Virus record (IMG/VR): IMGVR_UViG_3300044491_001439
Origin: an uncultured virus (IMG/VR IMGVR_UViG_3300044491_001439)
Taxonomy: Duplodnaviria > Heunggongvirae > Uroviricota > Caudoviricetes > Kyanoviridae
Direction: 5' to 3' (one strand)
Length of the DNA: 64,000 nucleotides
The position numbers were made by a program, and so were the translations under genes. Under the pieces are notes generated by a model. The model was given only the letters and a program-made list of their open reading frames with translations, was not told where the DNA came from and ran no database searches. How positions within the stretch are numbered: the stretch's first letter is position 1; the number at the start of each line of letters is the position of its first letter. Shown in pieces: positions 8,222-17,390 of this stretch.

Positions 8222-9237
8222 TCAGAATCTTCTTCGGTTTTATTGTTTGCAGTCTTAACTTTAGATGGATCTCCTAAACCATAGTTACCGAGTGTATCTT
8301 CCCCTATTGGAGCACCTTCAATCGCACCATATGCAAGAGCAGAACGATACTCATCAACAAAACGACGGGCAATCAACACAAATTGAGTGTTTCCTGCGGT
8401 TTTATCTGCAAGTTCTTTGGGAGTGAGTTTATTTGCAATGAGTTCAGATTCCATAAAGTTCACTAACCCAGTGCGTCTTGATGTACCTTTATTCAATGAA
8501 TTTTTGAGATAAATGACAGCAGAGAGACCTCCAATCATTGAACCCTGAAGATCAACACTCTTTTTAGTTTTCCACTTGCTTGCTGATTTAGTGGAAGTAA
8601 GAAGTTGATTGTAGTAATCGATTGCTTCTTTTACTGTTGAAAGTTCATAAGTATTCACTGCTTCCATCAGTTTAGCATAACCTTTTACAGAAAATCCTTC
8701 TGGATGACCAATTTTTTCAACATGAACACCCAGTTCATCTAGAGTATTACGAACTTCCAGTGCTTCTTTAACACTAGCAGCAATATCTGTGCGAAGTTGA
8801 GCAACCTGACTTACTGTTGTGCGGTTGACATTAACTCCTTTGAATAGTTTTGCCTCTACTTCCACACATTCTTCGTTACTAGCATTTGAATCATGCTCAA
8901 ATACTTGTGCTTGAAGTGCCATCATCTCTGGATTCATGCAGTAAATTGCTGCTAATACACTCTCGTGTTGTCCATCAACAATAGCAAATTTTCCGTCTGG
9001 ACGATGATAAAGACGTAAAGGACTATAAAGTTCAGGTTTGAACTGTCCTGCCTTTTTAATCATAGATTCATTGAGAAGTCGTTGATATTTCTCATCAATG
9101 TGGAGTTCACTTAACATCACATCTTCGATGGGAGGAAAATCATCTGGTTTTATTTCTTTTCTTATTCCAACAATACCAAGATTATTTGCAAAGTCCAGCA
9201 AGTTTACCAGACCATCATTTTGGGAATCGTAGTTCAT
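8218..9237 (-). CDS. ParB/Srx-like DGQH(R)-domain protein
   Basis: LHIDEKYQR...FAIVDGQHE; ATGA-coupled to the methylase. Confidence 0.7.
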   Translation of the reverse strand: MNYDSQNDGLVNLLDFANNLGIVGIRKEIKPDDFPPIEDVMLSELHIDEKYQRLLNESMIKKAGQFKPELYSPLRLYHRPDGKFAIVDGQHESVLAAIYCMNPEMMALQAQVFEHDSNASNEECVEVEAKLFKGVNVNRTTVSQVAQLRTDIAASVKEALEVRNTLDELGVHVEKIGHPEGFSVKGYAKLMEAVNTYELSTVKEAIDYYNQLLTSTKSASKWKTKKSVDLQGSMIGGLSAVIYLKNSLNKGTSRRTGLVNFMESELIANKLTPKELADKTAGNTQFVLIARRFVDEYRSALAYGAIEGAPIGEDTLGNYGLGDPSKVKTANNKTEEDSE

Positions 9238-9290
9238 TTTGTTCTCCTTTGTTTAGTGTTGGTAAATGCCATTGCGGCACCAACATAATA

Positions 9291-9319
9291 ATTATACAAC
9301 TTTTTTAGTCAGTTGTCAA
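9291..9319 (-). promoter_or_regulatory. consensus sigma70 promoter for the DGQH-dam pair
   Basis: TTGACA (9319-9314), 17 bp, TATAAT (9296-9291). Confidence 0.8.
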
Positions 9320-9494
9320 CCTTTTCGTGCCAGACTCGCAAACCTGGATAACCTTGATTGTCAATAATCATTTCAGTTTTGATTGTCCACCCAGGTTTGT
9401 GTGTGAAAGTTACATCAAGTCCTTTCATTCCTACATGATAATCTGTACCAGAAGACCAGGACTTTTTATTAATACGAAGAACAGTTTGGTGCAT
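9309..9494 (-). CDS. hypothetical protein
   Basis: ORF immediately downstream of the EcoRI-like gene. Confidence 0.55.
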   Translation of the reverse strand: MHQTVLRINKKSWSSGTDYHVGMKGLDVTFTHKPGWTIKTEMIIDNQGYPGLRVWHEKVDN

Positions 9495-9496
9495 AA

Positions 9497-10048
9497 TCAG
9501 AGAGTGTTTTGAGGGAACAGAGTATTGATTCGTTCAGTTATAGTTTCAACCATTATATCACTGATGAACTGTTTTGTAAATCCATATTCAGTTGTAAGAT
9601 ATACACTATTATCACCTGGATTATATTGATTGATACCAGTAAGGTGAGCAACATTCAGTGCTTTACCTATCTGTCCATTATGATAAGCACCTTCACCAGT
9701 GCAAAACGTAACATAGGAAACATCAGGATTGATCATACGACAGATATAGTTATTCTTGAACCAACGCTCGATAGCATTACCTTTGTCCTGCTGTTTCTTA
9801 CCTTCAAACACTGCAATCAGCACATCATTGTAGAACCATGCACCACCATCAGGAGCACAACCACCAATCCCACCAGGAATCTGATCCTGACGCAGCTTTG
9901 CTTGCATCTTCAGTTGAGGATAAGCATGTTTCAACTCCTTGAAGATTTCTCTTTTTAGTTGTTTGCATTGATCATCAAGTTTACGAGCTCGGGGATCAGT
10001 GGCTACAGTGCCTTGCTGAATACCGCCGTTGAATCTAGTCATAATCAA
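9497..10048 (-). CDS. EcoRI-family restriction endonuclease-like protein
   Basis: PDGG...FEGKKQ...GNAIERWFKN matches the EcoRI pattern PDGG...EAKHQ...GNAIERSHKN. Confidence 0.75.
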   Translation of the reverse strand: MIMTRFNGGIQQGTVATDPRARKLDDQCKQLKREIFKELKHAYPQLKMQAKLRQDQIPGGIGGCAPDGGAWFYNDVLIAVFEGKKQQDKGNAIERWFKNNYICRMINPDVSYVTFCTGEGAYHNGQIGKALNVAHLTGINQYNPGDNSVYLTTEYGFTKQFISDIMVETITERINTLFPQNTL

Positions 10049-10227
10049 TAAGAATAGGTGGAGAGATTGCGAGCAGGGACATGATAACCATTCTTGACAT
10101 TGTTCACGTCATATACCCACACCAACTCATCATCAGATGCTCTGTAAACATCCATGCAAAACATAGGAACAAGTTTGACCATAAGAGCACCCCAGTGATA
10201 CTCGGTTTCAAAGTCGAAGGTAGTCAT
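10045..10227 (-). CDS. hypothetical protein
   Basis: ORF with own promoter and box; ATGA overlap with the nuclease gene. Confidence 0.6.
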   Translation of the reverse strand: MTTFDFETEYHWGALMVKLVPMFCMDVYRASDDELVWVYDVNNVKNGYHVPARNLSTYSY

Positions 10228-10308
10228 GGGTTGCTCGGATTGCTTTGACTCTACTAATATACACGAAAACCACTCCCCATGGGGGAATGGTATACACTTC
10301 TTAAACTG

Positions 10309-10572
10309 TCACCCGTGGTTCTCCATGAACTCATCGAGTGTGTAACCTTCACCAGTTGATGTTTCTTCGATCAGATCTTCCAATGAATAACACTCTAACT
10401 TCAGACGATACTCTTCAGGTGTGTCATCATCAGGATCAGGATCATCGTGACAAAGATAGTCCCACTCGTGGCAAAGTGCATCAATCAGTTGTTCTTTTGT
10501 GTATTTGTTCATGATGTAAGTTTGGTTAGACTGATGACTAACAAGAATGATAGAGCGATGACTACATCCCAA
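10309..10572 (-). CDS. acidic cyanophage hypothetical protein (real start probably MNKYTKEQ)
   Basis: KEQLIDAL..EWDYLCHDD. Confidence 0.6.
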   Translation of the reverse strand: MGCSHRSIILVSHQSNQTYIMNKYTKEQLIDALCHEWDYLCHDDPDPDDDTPEEYRLKLECYSLEDLIEETSTGEGYTLDEFMENHG

Positions 10573-10721
10573 GACTTTGTTCGGATGAAGTATGGAATAC
10601 TGATGGTGTCAGATATGAGGTTGATGATCACCCCAAGTAATACATTAACGTGCAAGACACAAAAATAGGCAGTGATGACACCAACACTACCTAACACTCT
10701 TGCTTTACTATCAAGTCGCAT
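10509..10721 (-). CDS. small membrane protein
   Basis: Hydrophobic segments; IPYFIRTKSWDVV. Confidence 0.6.
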   Translation of the reverse strand: MRLDSKARVLGSVGVITAYFCVLHVNVLLGVIINLISDTISIPYFIRTKSWDVVIALSFLLVISLTKLTS

Positions 10722-10971
10722 TGATCAGTTGAGTACGAATAGTTTCGAGTGAAAATACCGCAGATTTGATGCTAGAAGAAGTCCATCCATATGCATATGC
10801 GTATGAAGGAGCAGGAGAGTCGTCTAGAAAGTCCTTCAGAGCGTTTCCATCAGAGTCTACAGGGGAATCACTGTCAGTAGCGTTCTCGCCCACTTGCAGG
10901 GCATTCTGGAGGGACTCGATGATGGAGAGCAGTTGGGTGTCGATCAGCATTTGTTCTGGTGTTGATAGCAT
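10711..10971 (-). CDS. hypothetical protein
   Basis: ORF with a -10 at 10973-10978 and box at 11009-11030. Confidence 0.55.
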   Translation of the reverse strand: MLSTPEQMLIDTQLLSIIESLQNALQVGENATDSDSPVDSDGNALKDFLDDSPAPSYAYAYGWTSSSIKSAVFSLETIRTQLINAT

Positions 10972-11121
10972 CAGTATAGTCTGTGGTCAGAAGTCGTCCA
11001 GTTCTGGTGGTACAGTTTCCTCACTGTCCCACAGAATCTCCTGCGATGCCTCTCGTAAGATAGCATCACGGATTGCAGGATCGTCAGCCCAGTTGTCAAA
11101 GTTAATTTCGTTCATAATAAA

Positions 11122-11403
11122 TCAGTTGTGTGTGTTGTTTCCGATTACAAGTTTTACATCATCAAACTGGTGCTTGTATATCACCCGACATACATTTCTT
11201 ACTGGTTCATCGGGAAATACCTTGGTGCAAATAGTCATACATTCACCCGTTGGATCTACAAATTTTACAAATCCCAACACCCCATCAAATTCTACTTGTG
11301 TGCCTACAGGTAACATTGGTTCATCGTTTGGTGTAACTTTGTCTGGTGATTGGTTGATCATTAATGATGAGGAAGTCAGTGTCAGGGTACAATTTGTGAG
11401 CAA
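11122..11403 (-). CDS. hypothetical protein (real start probably internal)
   Basis: GTQVEFDGVLGFVKFV segment. Confidence 0.5.
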   Translation of the reverse strand: MLTNCTLTLTSSSLMINQSPDKVTPNDEPMLPVGTQVEFDGVLGFVKFVDPTGECMTICTKVFPDEPVRNVCRVIYKHQFDDVKLVIGNNTHN

Positions 11404-11569
11404 TGTACTGTGCTAGATCTCTATCAGGTGCGATGAGATATGTTTCAACATTATACACACCATTAGGTGGTTCTGCTTGATCATCTTGCCATGGTTGTTC
11501 AAGTTCAACTTTCCACACATGACCACTATCTAAATGTGATTCAAGGTCATGTATAATATCAGCAGTCAT
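11321..11569 (-). CDS. hypothetical protein
   Basis: ORF track. Confidence 0.55.
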   Translation of the reverse strand: MTADIIHDLESHLDSGHVWKVELEQPWQDDQAEPPNGVYNVETYLIAPDRDLAQYIAHKLYPDTDFLIINDQPITRQSYTKR

Positions 11570-12030
11570 AGTATCTATCGTGCATGTCGGACATTTGCTG
11601 TTTCAACTCTTCAATGTAAGCATCTTGGACACAAATCATTTCGTTTTGATCTTTAATGAGAGCTTTCATCTCATTAACCATTGAAGTTTCTATGTCAGTC
11701 ATAGTAGAAAAGTAAGGTCTACGTGATTATGTAGTATTACATGAATTCTTCCATGTAATAATCTACGGTAACCTCCAGTAGTTTAGCGCGTTCTTCGATT
11801 GCTGCAACAAATGCGGCGTCCAAACTGTCCTCATTGTCAGCATCTTCAAACATTTTGTTCAACTGTGACTGTTTTGACATCGTTAAATGTACCATTGTTG
11901 TTGATGTAGGAGCACATTGTATCTGCTACGTTGCGCGACACAATGTGCTCTTGTACGAATTTACCACTATCAGACGTGATAGTGATCTTGAACTTGGTGG
12001 TCATTGGCGCATCTCTCGATTACTTTGTAA

Positions 12031-12237
12031 TCATAGCGCATCCATATCGCCCCCGTGTCGTGGAGTGGACAGATCATCAACTGTCCTATTTTCTCGCAAT
12101 GACGCCAGTTTATTGTATAGTGGCGCGATTGCACCCATTTCTTCCTCAATACGCATTTGTGCGGTGCGTTCGAGATACTGTAGTGAGCATGTAAGCATGA
12201 ACAACTCACTATCAGTCAGTGTTACTTGAATGGACAT
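12031..12237 (-). CDS. hypothetical protein
   Basis: ORF track. Confidence 0.5.
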   Translation of the reverse strand: MSIQVTLTDSELFMLTCSLQYLERTAQMRIEEEMGAIAPLYNKLASLRENRTVDDLSTPRHGGDMDAL

Positions 12238-12404
12238 GTCCAGGTTTCGCGGTCATTACGATCAATATACCCTGAATCTGCCATAATGTCAAGGAAATAC
12301 TCCCAGTATTCTTGCTTTGCTGACATATCTCCGCGCATGTCTTTATGCCAGATCTTCATCATGCGCCGACAAATCCACACTGCTTGTCGTTTAGTTAGTC
12401 CCAT
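12222..12404 (-). CDS. hypothetical protein
   Basis: ORF track; ends WTCPFK. Confidence 0.55.
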   Translation of the reverse strand: MGLTKRQAVWICRRMMKIWHKDMRGDMSAKQEYWEYFLDIMADSGYIDRNDRETWTCPFK

Positions 12405-12423
12405 TAGATTCTTTATTTACTAT

Positions 12424-12645
12424 TTAATCAATGAGTGGTCCCCACGTACCACTATCTCCCTCCTGTCTACTCTCCAGCTTATCAAATATACTATCCATAG
12501 TCTTCATTGACTCAATCTTACTCATAAGTTCAGCAATACCGCTACAAATGAATGGTTTCTCTTGTCTCGCAGCATATGCTAATGCATTACGCAGACTTGC
12601 TTCTGCATCCTCTAATGAGTCGTTAACTGATTTTGATAGTGCCAT
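12424..12645 (-). CDS. conserved cyanophage hypothetical protein
   Basis: MALSKSV..SL.DAE.SLRNALAYAARQEKP. Confidence 0.7.
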   Translation of the reverse strand: MALSKSVNDSLEDAEASLRNALAYAARQEKPFICSGIAELMSKIESMKTMDSIFDKLESRQEGDSGTWGPLID

Positions 12646-12830
12646 TAGTTTTGTTTCTTTAGTGAAAATGATCCGTCTTTGTTGTCAATCCATTCTAATA
12701 CATCCCCTTCATGCCAATCCAATGCATCCATCAATTCATCTGGGAATGTAAGCACACCCTCATCATCGACAGGAACAATGTATCTTTGTTTATCAGGAGT
12801 AGTCCAGAAGTCTGTAATGGCATCTTTCAT
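12645..12830 (-). CDS. AbrB/SpoVT-like swapped-hairpin DNA-binding protein
   Basis: VDDEGVLTFPDELMDALDWHEGDVLEW. Confidence 0.65.
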   Translation of the reverse strand: MKDAITDFWTTPDKQRYIVPVDDEGVLTFPDELMDALDWHEGDVLEWIDNKDGSFSLKKQN

Positions 12831-12831
12831 A

Positions 12832-13359
12832 TTAGATCCAGTATGGTTTACGTTGTGGCATACGAAGGTAGTTATCTTTTACCCACGGTTTAGATGCAAT
12901 ATACATTTTATATGCTGTAAATGTATCTATACTATCGTCAAACTTGAATTCGTCAGGCATTGCTCTGACAAATGGAGTGACACTATTCACACTGCCCTCC
13001 GGAAAGAGATAATATGCATGAACTAAAGTATTATAGCACGAATGTTGCTTATCGTATCGTAATGTGTACTCATCACATAGATTCATACCATGCTTGATTA
13101 ACCACCACGCATTGTCGATAGTTTCCCTTGCCCATATAGTACAAGGATGATTCCTGAATGCTCCCTTCTCTGTTTTGTATGGTGTACCATCTGTTTTGGG
13201 TAGAGTGCCATAACCATGACCCCACTTGTCTGATGCTACGATAGCAAGCATTTGACAGCATTCTAACGGCATCTTGACAATGTGCTTGTCAGGCAAACAT
13301 ATGGCACTCTCGGCTGGATATTCATTGGTGACAAAGATGTTCATATCACATGTGCTCAC
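12832..13359 (-). CDS. pyrimidine-dimer DNA glycosylase (DenV-like family)
   Basis: MNIF...DKHIVKMPLECCQML...NHPCTIW...EYTLRY.K.H; real start probably the second Met (MNIFVT). Confidence 0.7.
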   Translation of the reverse strand: MSTCDMNIFVTNEYPAESAICLPDKHIVKMPLECCQMLAIVASDKWGHGYGTLPKTDGTPYKTEKGAFRNHPCTIWARETIDNAWWLIKHGMNLCDEYTLRYDKQHSCYNTLVHAYYLFPEGSVNSVTPFVRAMPDEFKFDDSIDTFTAYKMYIASKPWVKDNYLRMPQRKPYWI

Positions 13360-13364
13360 ATACT

Positions 13365-13676
13365 CTACAGTTTACCACTGACGATGGCACTTCCAACCAC
13401 TCTCGTATACAAATGTAATGTACCCTCTTGTTCACATTTAAGATGCCAGCGTGTCATAACAGTGACACCATCTTTAGTAGCACCAGTCATCATCTGACGA
13501 CCTTCCTTTGTCATTGTAGAATACAATCCATACCTGGTTTCCCAGACGTAGAAACATTCATCGATGAGTTCTGCACCTTTAGGTACAATAACCTCTGTTA
13601 CTTCTTCAGTCACTTGCTCTCCATTGATTTGATGTTGGTGCATGTCGATGATTAAACTCTTCCTTGCGTCGAACAT
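13365..13676 (-). CDS. cyanophage hypothetical protein
   Basis: IDECFYVWETRYGL...VSGKL. Confidence 0.6.
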   Translation of the reverse strand: MFDARKSLIIDMHQHQINGEQVTEEVTEVIVPKGAELIDECFYVWETRYGLYSTMTKEGRQMMTGATKDGVTVMTRWHLKCEQEGTLHLYTRVVGSAIVSGKL

Positions 13677-13816
13677 TTAAATATTCTAACACTTCCTCTC
13701 TCCACTCCATCAGTTCATGATAACATTCCTGATTGTGAGCACAGTCACGTAGATCATGATCTGCTTTGAGTACGCTCTCGTAGAATAACCCAAGAGCATC
13801 TATTCGCTTTTGTTCT

Positions 13817-14047
13817 TTAGTCATCGAATACCTTACACATAGGTGAACCAGGGTGATCATCACAGAACTTATCTAACACCTTATCTTGGTGGCGATTCTT
13901 TGGATCAGCAATCTTACCTTCTGTCTTTGGATCCCACTCATCAGATGAATGTGATTCATTAGCGTGAAAGTCTACCTTGTATTCATTCCACTTATCATTA
14001 GGATCATAAAGTGGATCTTGTGGGTCGCGTTGACGTGGTTGTGACAT
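13817..14047 (-). CDS. CP12-like protein (C-terminal CP12 motif only)
   Basis: C-terminus LDKFCDDHPGSPMCKVFDD matches the CP12 C-x8-C...DD tail. Confidence 0.55.
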   Translation of the reverse strand: MSQPRQRDPQDPLYDPNDKWNEYKVDFHANESHSSDEWDPKTEGKIADPKNRHQDKVLDKFCDDHPGSPMCKVFDD

Positions 14048-14234
14048 GATTCAGCACTCCTTATTTTTGAATTGTTTACGACATAATTTAACTTCTTTGA
14101 GTTCATCCTTAATCATCCGATAGGCATCTTCAGGTGATATTTTCTTTGCCATTTCCATGGCAGTGATGATCTCTACTCTTGTTCCAAAGTGCTTAAGTGC
14201 CTCTTCAAAACAGTTGAGTTCCTTATACATTATA

Positions 14235-15485
14235 TCAATCAGTAACGTGAATAGCAGGCAATCCTTTGACGAAAATAGTATCCACCAAATTCTGCAACCG
14301 CTTAATAGTATTTACACCGTAATTTTTGAACACAGGTACAGTTACGAATCCTGTAGTCTTACGATACATCTGACACGCACCAGGTGTAAGTTTGCCTGTT
14401 GCCATATCAGCAGCATCATCACGATTAACACGGATGACACGACCAATAGTCTGTGCCATCTCAATCACATTCAGATTGCGAAGGAAGATAGTCTGGGTGA
14501 GACCGTGGACGTTGATACCTTCAGACAGAATAGAATAGTGGAAGATGATGAACTTTTTGTTAGGGTCACGACCCCACTGATCAAACTGGTGAAAGAACTG
14601 CTCACGATTGACCTTGAGTGTGTTGACATAAGCACCATACTTGCTGGTGATATGCATCACTTCAAACCCACGATCCTTACACTGATCGATGATATCAGTC
14701 TTGGTGAGAAGATTATACATGATACGACTGTTAGGTGCTGCCACAAGGATCTTGTGTGCTGTTGTATCGTTCAGTTTATCAAGTATGCCCACCAGGGTCT
14801 CACGGTCGCCCTCACACGCCTGTACGCCCTTCTGACGCTCGAAGTCAACCTCATAGGCATCAACAGTAGGAGGAAGAATAGAACCGTTGTTAATCAGTTC
14901 AGGAGCAGGACACTGTTCAATGATGTCACCGAACACCACATAGTTGTTCATACCATTAGCATAGGGAGAACGTGTATGCTTTGGTGTTGCAGTGAAATAG
15001 TAATAACGCTTGGCGTTGCAGTTACCTACTTCCTCGAAGAAGTTCTTCTTGGTAGCATTGTGTGCTTCATCAAAGTATGCTACATCAAACTCAATACCTG
15101 CCTCATTGAGACGACGCAAGGAGTTGTATGTAGTGAAGAAGATACGATGTGCTTGCATAGCATCACACATATCATTGAAGAGACCGATACGATCTACCTT
15201 GGTAGTATGAAAGTGTACTGTCTCGCCACTATGAATGTGAGCAGGAACTACATCAGGACGATTGATACCAGCATCAGCAAAAAACTCCTCACACAGTTGT
15301 GTAGCGAGGAGAATGCGCGGAGCAACAACAGCAATAGTCATAGGACGCTCTGCATTAGCAAAGCGATCCGCAAGGTCTTTGATCATAATCATAGTCTTAC
15401 CACCGCCAGTAGGGACAATGATCTGCCCGAACTTGTTACGCTGCATAGCAGCGAGAGCGCGGGTCTGATGAGGGCGGAGTTGCAT
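14235..15485 (-). CDS. superfamily 2 (DEAH, ResIII-like) helicase
   Basis: LRPHQ, PTGGGKT, FDEAH, TATP, LSEGINV, QTIGRVIR; start moved to MQLRPHQ downstream of the promoter. Confidence 0.85.
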   Translation of the reverse strand: MQLRPHQTRALAAMQRNKFGQIIVPTGGGKTMIMIKDLADRFANAERPMTIAVVAPRILLATQLCEEFFADAGINRPDVVPAHIHSGETVHFHTTKVDRIGLFNDMCDAMQAHRIFFTTYNSLRRLNEAGIEFDVAYFDEAHNATKKNFFEEVGNCNAKRYYYFTATPKHTRSPYANGMNNYVVFGDIIEQCPAPELINNGSILPPTVDAYEVDFERQKGVQACEGDRETLVGILDKLNDTTAHKILVAAPNSRIMYNLLTKTDIIDQCKDRGFEVMHITSKYGAYVNTLKVNREQFFHQFDQWGRDPNKKFIIFHYSILSEGINVHGLTQTIFLRNLNVIEMAQTIGRVIRVNRDDAADMATGKLTPGACQMYRKTTGFVTVPVFKNYGVNTIKRLQNLVDTIFVKGLPAIHVTD

Positions 15486-15563
15486 GCTGTACGTCTGATA
15501 TGAATACAGTATGACACAAAAAAAGCACCCCGTCAAGAGTGCTGTGACAGTTTGCTGACTGAC

Positions 15564-16508
15564 TCACCAAATTGGATTCCCATTTTCATCATATGTAATA
15601 TACCACATCTTTTCACCACTAGTATTCTCAAACTCATTGTACTTTACCACATTGAGAATGACATCGATCAGTTCCGATCCTTTGAATACATGCTCTACCT
15701 GCAATCTCAACTCTTTGCGAGTATCAGTTACCGCTTCTAACGAGTTTATCACATCGACTTGCTCAATCGTAAGAATATTATTAGCCAAATACGCACCAAT
15801 ATGATTTCTAGTTGCCAATCTATTAGAAACTTTCTTTTTATAGGTCGGACTAGCAACTTTTAATATATTACTATGAAAGTCCTCATTAGGAATTTCAGTT
15901 ATATATTTTGGATAAACAAATGAAGAGTAGAAAGATACTTCATCATTTTGTTTGATTGTTAAAATGCCCTTACAATAGTTTGGTATCAGTTTTGAGTGTC
16001 TAACAACTTTCTCAAGTAAAGGATTATTATATGATGATACATCATAGTTTCTACTCTGAAACGATAACCCAGTTATCTCTCCATTTAAACTATGTTCGGC
16101 ACCAATAATCGAAGTGTGATCATCATGCTTTTCTAGAATAACATCATCGATCTTCTGATAGATATCAGTCATTTCCAAAGTTGCTGTTTTTATCTTGAAA
16201 TCTCTTAAGTACTTTTTAACTGTAGCGTACTGAAGCATCAAAATACTATTATATGACTGTATTTGATCATCAACTGAATATACACCGAGATGTTTAATCT
16301 CGTCCATAATCGAATTCACATCAGCAATGAAGTAATCATATTCAAACACTCTATTGAGAGTATTTTTTACTGACACTGGAATGACAGGTTTGTATTGACT
16401 ATCAACCAACGATGTGTATAACCACGGCATCATAGAGTAGTCAGATAAACGTTCGCCGCTTATCAAACTATATCTTTCGTGTACTGTATAGATATCGGAG
16501 AATATCAT
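15564..16508 (-). CDS. hypothetical protein
   Basis: 314-aa ORF in a coupled operon. Confidence 0.7.
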   Translation of the reverse strand: MIFSDIYTVHERYSLISGERLSDYSMMPWLYTSLVDSQYKPVIPVSVKNTLNRVFEYDYFIADVNSIMDEIKHLGVYSVDDQIQSYNSILMLQYATVKKYLRDFKIKTATLEMTDIYQKIDDVILEKHDDHTSIIGAEHSLNGEITGLSFQSRNYDVSSYNNPLLEKVVRHSKLIPNYCKGILTIKQNDEVSFYSSFVYPKYITEIPNEDFHSNILKVASPTYKKKVSNRLATRNHIGAYLANNILTIEQVDVINSLEAVTDTRKELRLQVEHVFKGSELIDVILNVVKYNEFENTSGEKMWYITYDENGNPIW

Positions 16509-16852
16509 TCGTTATCCATAATAACTTGACCCTGATCATTATATAAAGCATAGAAAATATACTGTTCTTTAGGAGTTCCTTCCTGTGTTAATGGGAAATT
16601 ATCTAAAAGAAACTTCTCTGCTTCTAAAATAGATTCCATTTCCACAACTAGATATTCACTATCTCTGAAAAGAGTAGTAAAATCTAAAGGAAGCATACCT
16701 GTATATAATTCAATAGACGAGTTAATAGCATCTACATCAGTGCTATTGTTCCATCCATATACTCGAAAGAAAATTAGAGGTTTACCTGCTAATGCAGCGT
16801 ATCTACCAATAAATGTCTGCAAGTCATAAATTTGATATTCTGTGTTATTCAT
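16505..16852 (-). CDS. hypothetical protein
   Basis: Coupled ORF. Confidence 0.7.
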   Translation of the reverse strand: MNNTEYQIYDLQTFIGRYAALAGKPLIFFRVYGWNNSTDVDAINSSIELYTGMLPLDFTTLFRDSEYLVVEMESILEAEKFLLDNFPLTQEGTPKEQYIFYALYNDQGQVIMDNE

Positions 16853-17390
16853 TCTTTGTTAGTTTCCAGGCGACAGTAATACGAAGATCATTGAATAAAC
16901 GTGTTGTTGGTGCTGCGGAATGATATACAACACCAGGAAATAACATTCCTCTGTTAGGTTGAAACATTACGGTGCGAAGTTCGGTAGTATCAGTATAAAA
17001 CTGTGTTCCCCCTCCCCATTCATTTGCCCATTGAGAGTTTGCACATAACAAAAATGTTCTTCCATATTCATCATAACAATCTTGATGAAAGATGCCATCT
17101 AAACCATAAGTATGTCCGTTGGCATAAACATATTCGAGAGTAAAAGACTGTTGCGTCTTTTCCTGTATCTTATTTAGAAGATAATCAGTGAAGAACAGAT
17201 TATCACTCAAATCCCTCTTCCAAAACTTGTAACACCGTTTATGGTTAGGGTCACTGGGATGATATGATGTATGCCCGAACTCCCATTTAGGTTCTTGCAG
17301 TATATTGATGATCTTAATAAAAGTATCTTGATCAAACATATGATCATATACTACCAGATTATCACTCAATAGTTCATCAACGGTTTTCAT
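16845..17390 (-). CDS. 2OG-Fe(II) oxygenase (prolyl-hydroxylase-like)
   Basis: HQD...WGGGT.F...H...R.TVAW. Confidence 0.85.
   Translation of the reverse strand: MKTVDELLSDNLVVYDHMFDQDTFIKIINILQEPKWEFGHTSYHPSDPNHKRCYKFWKRDLSDNLFFTDYLLNKIQEKTQQSFTLEYVYANGHTYGLDGIFHQDCYDEYGRTFLLCANSQWANEWGGGTQFYTDTTELRTVMFQPNRGMLFPGVVYHSAAPTTRLFNDLRITVAWKLTKNE

Noticed and set aside
7367..9237. Dnd phosphorothioation system
   Set aside because: Only a DGQH-type domain is present; no DndC/D/E or cysteine desulfurase genes were seen.
12645..12830. Toxin-antitoxin pair
   Set aside because: An AbrB-like fold is plausible, but neither neighbour resembles a toxin.
14235..15485. Type III restriction Res subunit as part of an RM operon
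   Set aside because: No C-terminal nuclease domain or adjacent Mod gene; called a stand-alone helicase.
14157..15503. 448-aa plus-strand ORF
   Set aside because: It is the antisense shadow of the motif-complete SF2 helicase and has no recognisable motifs.
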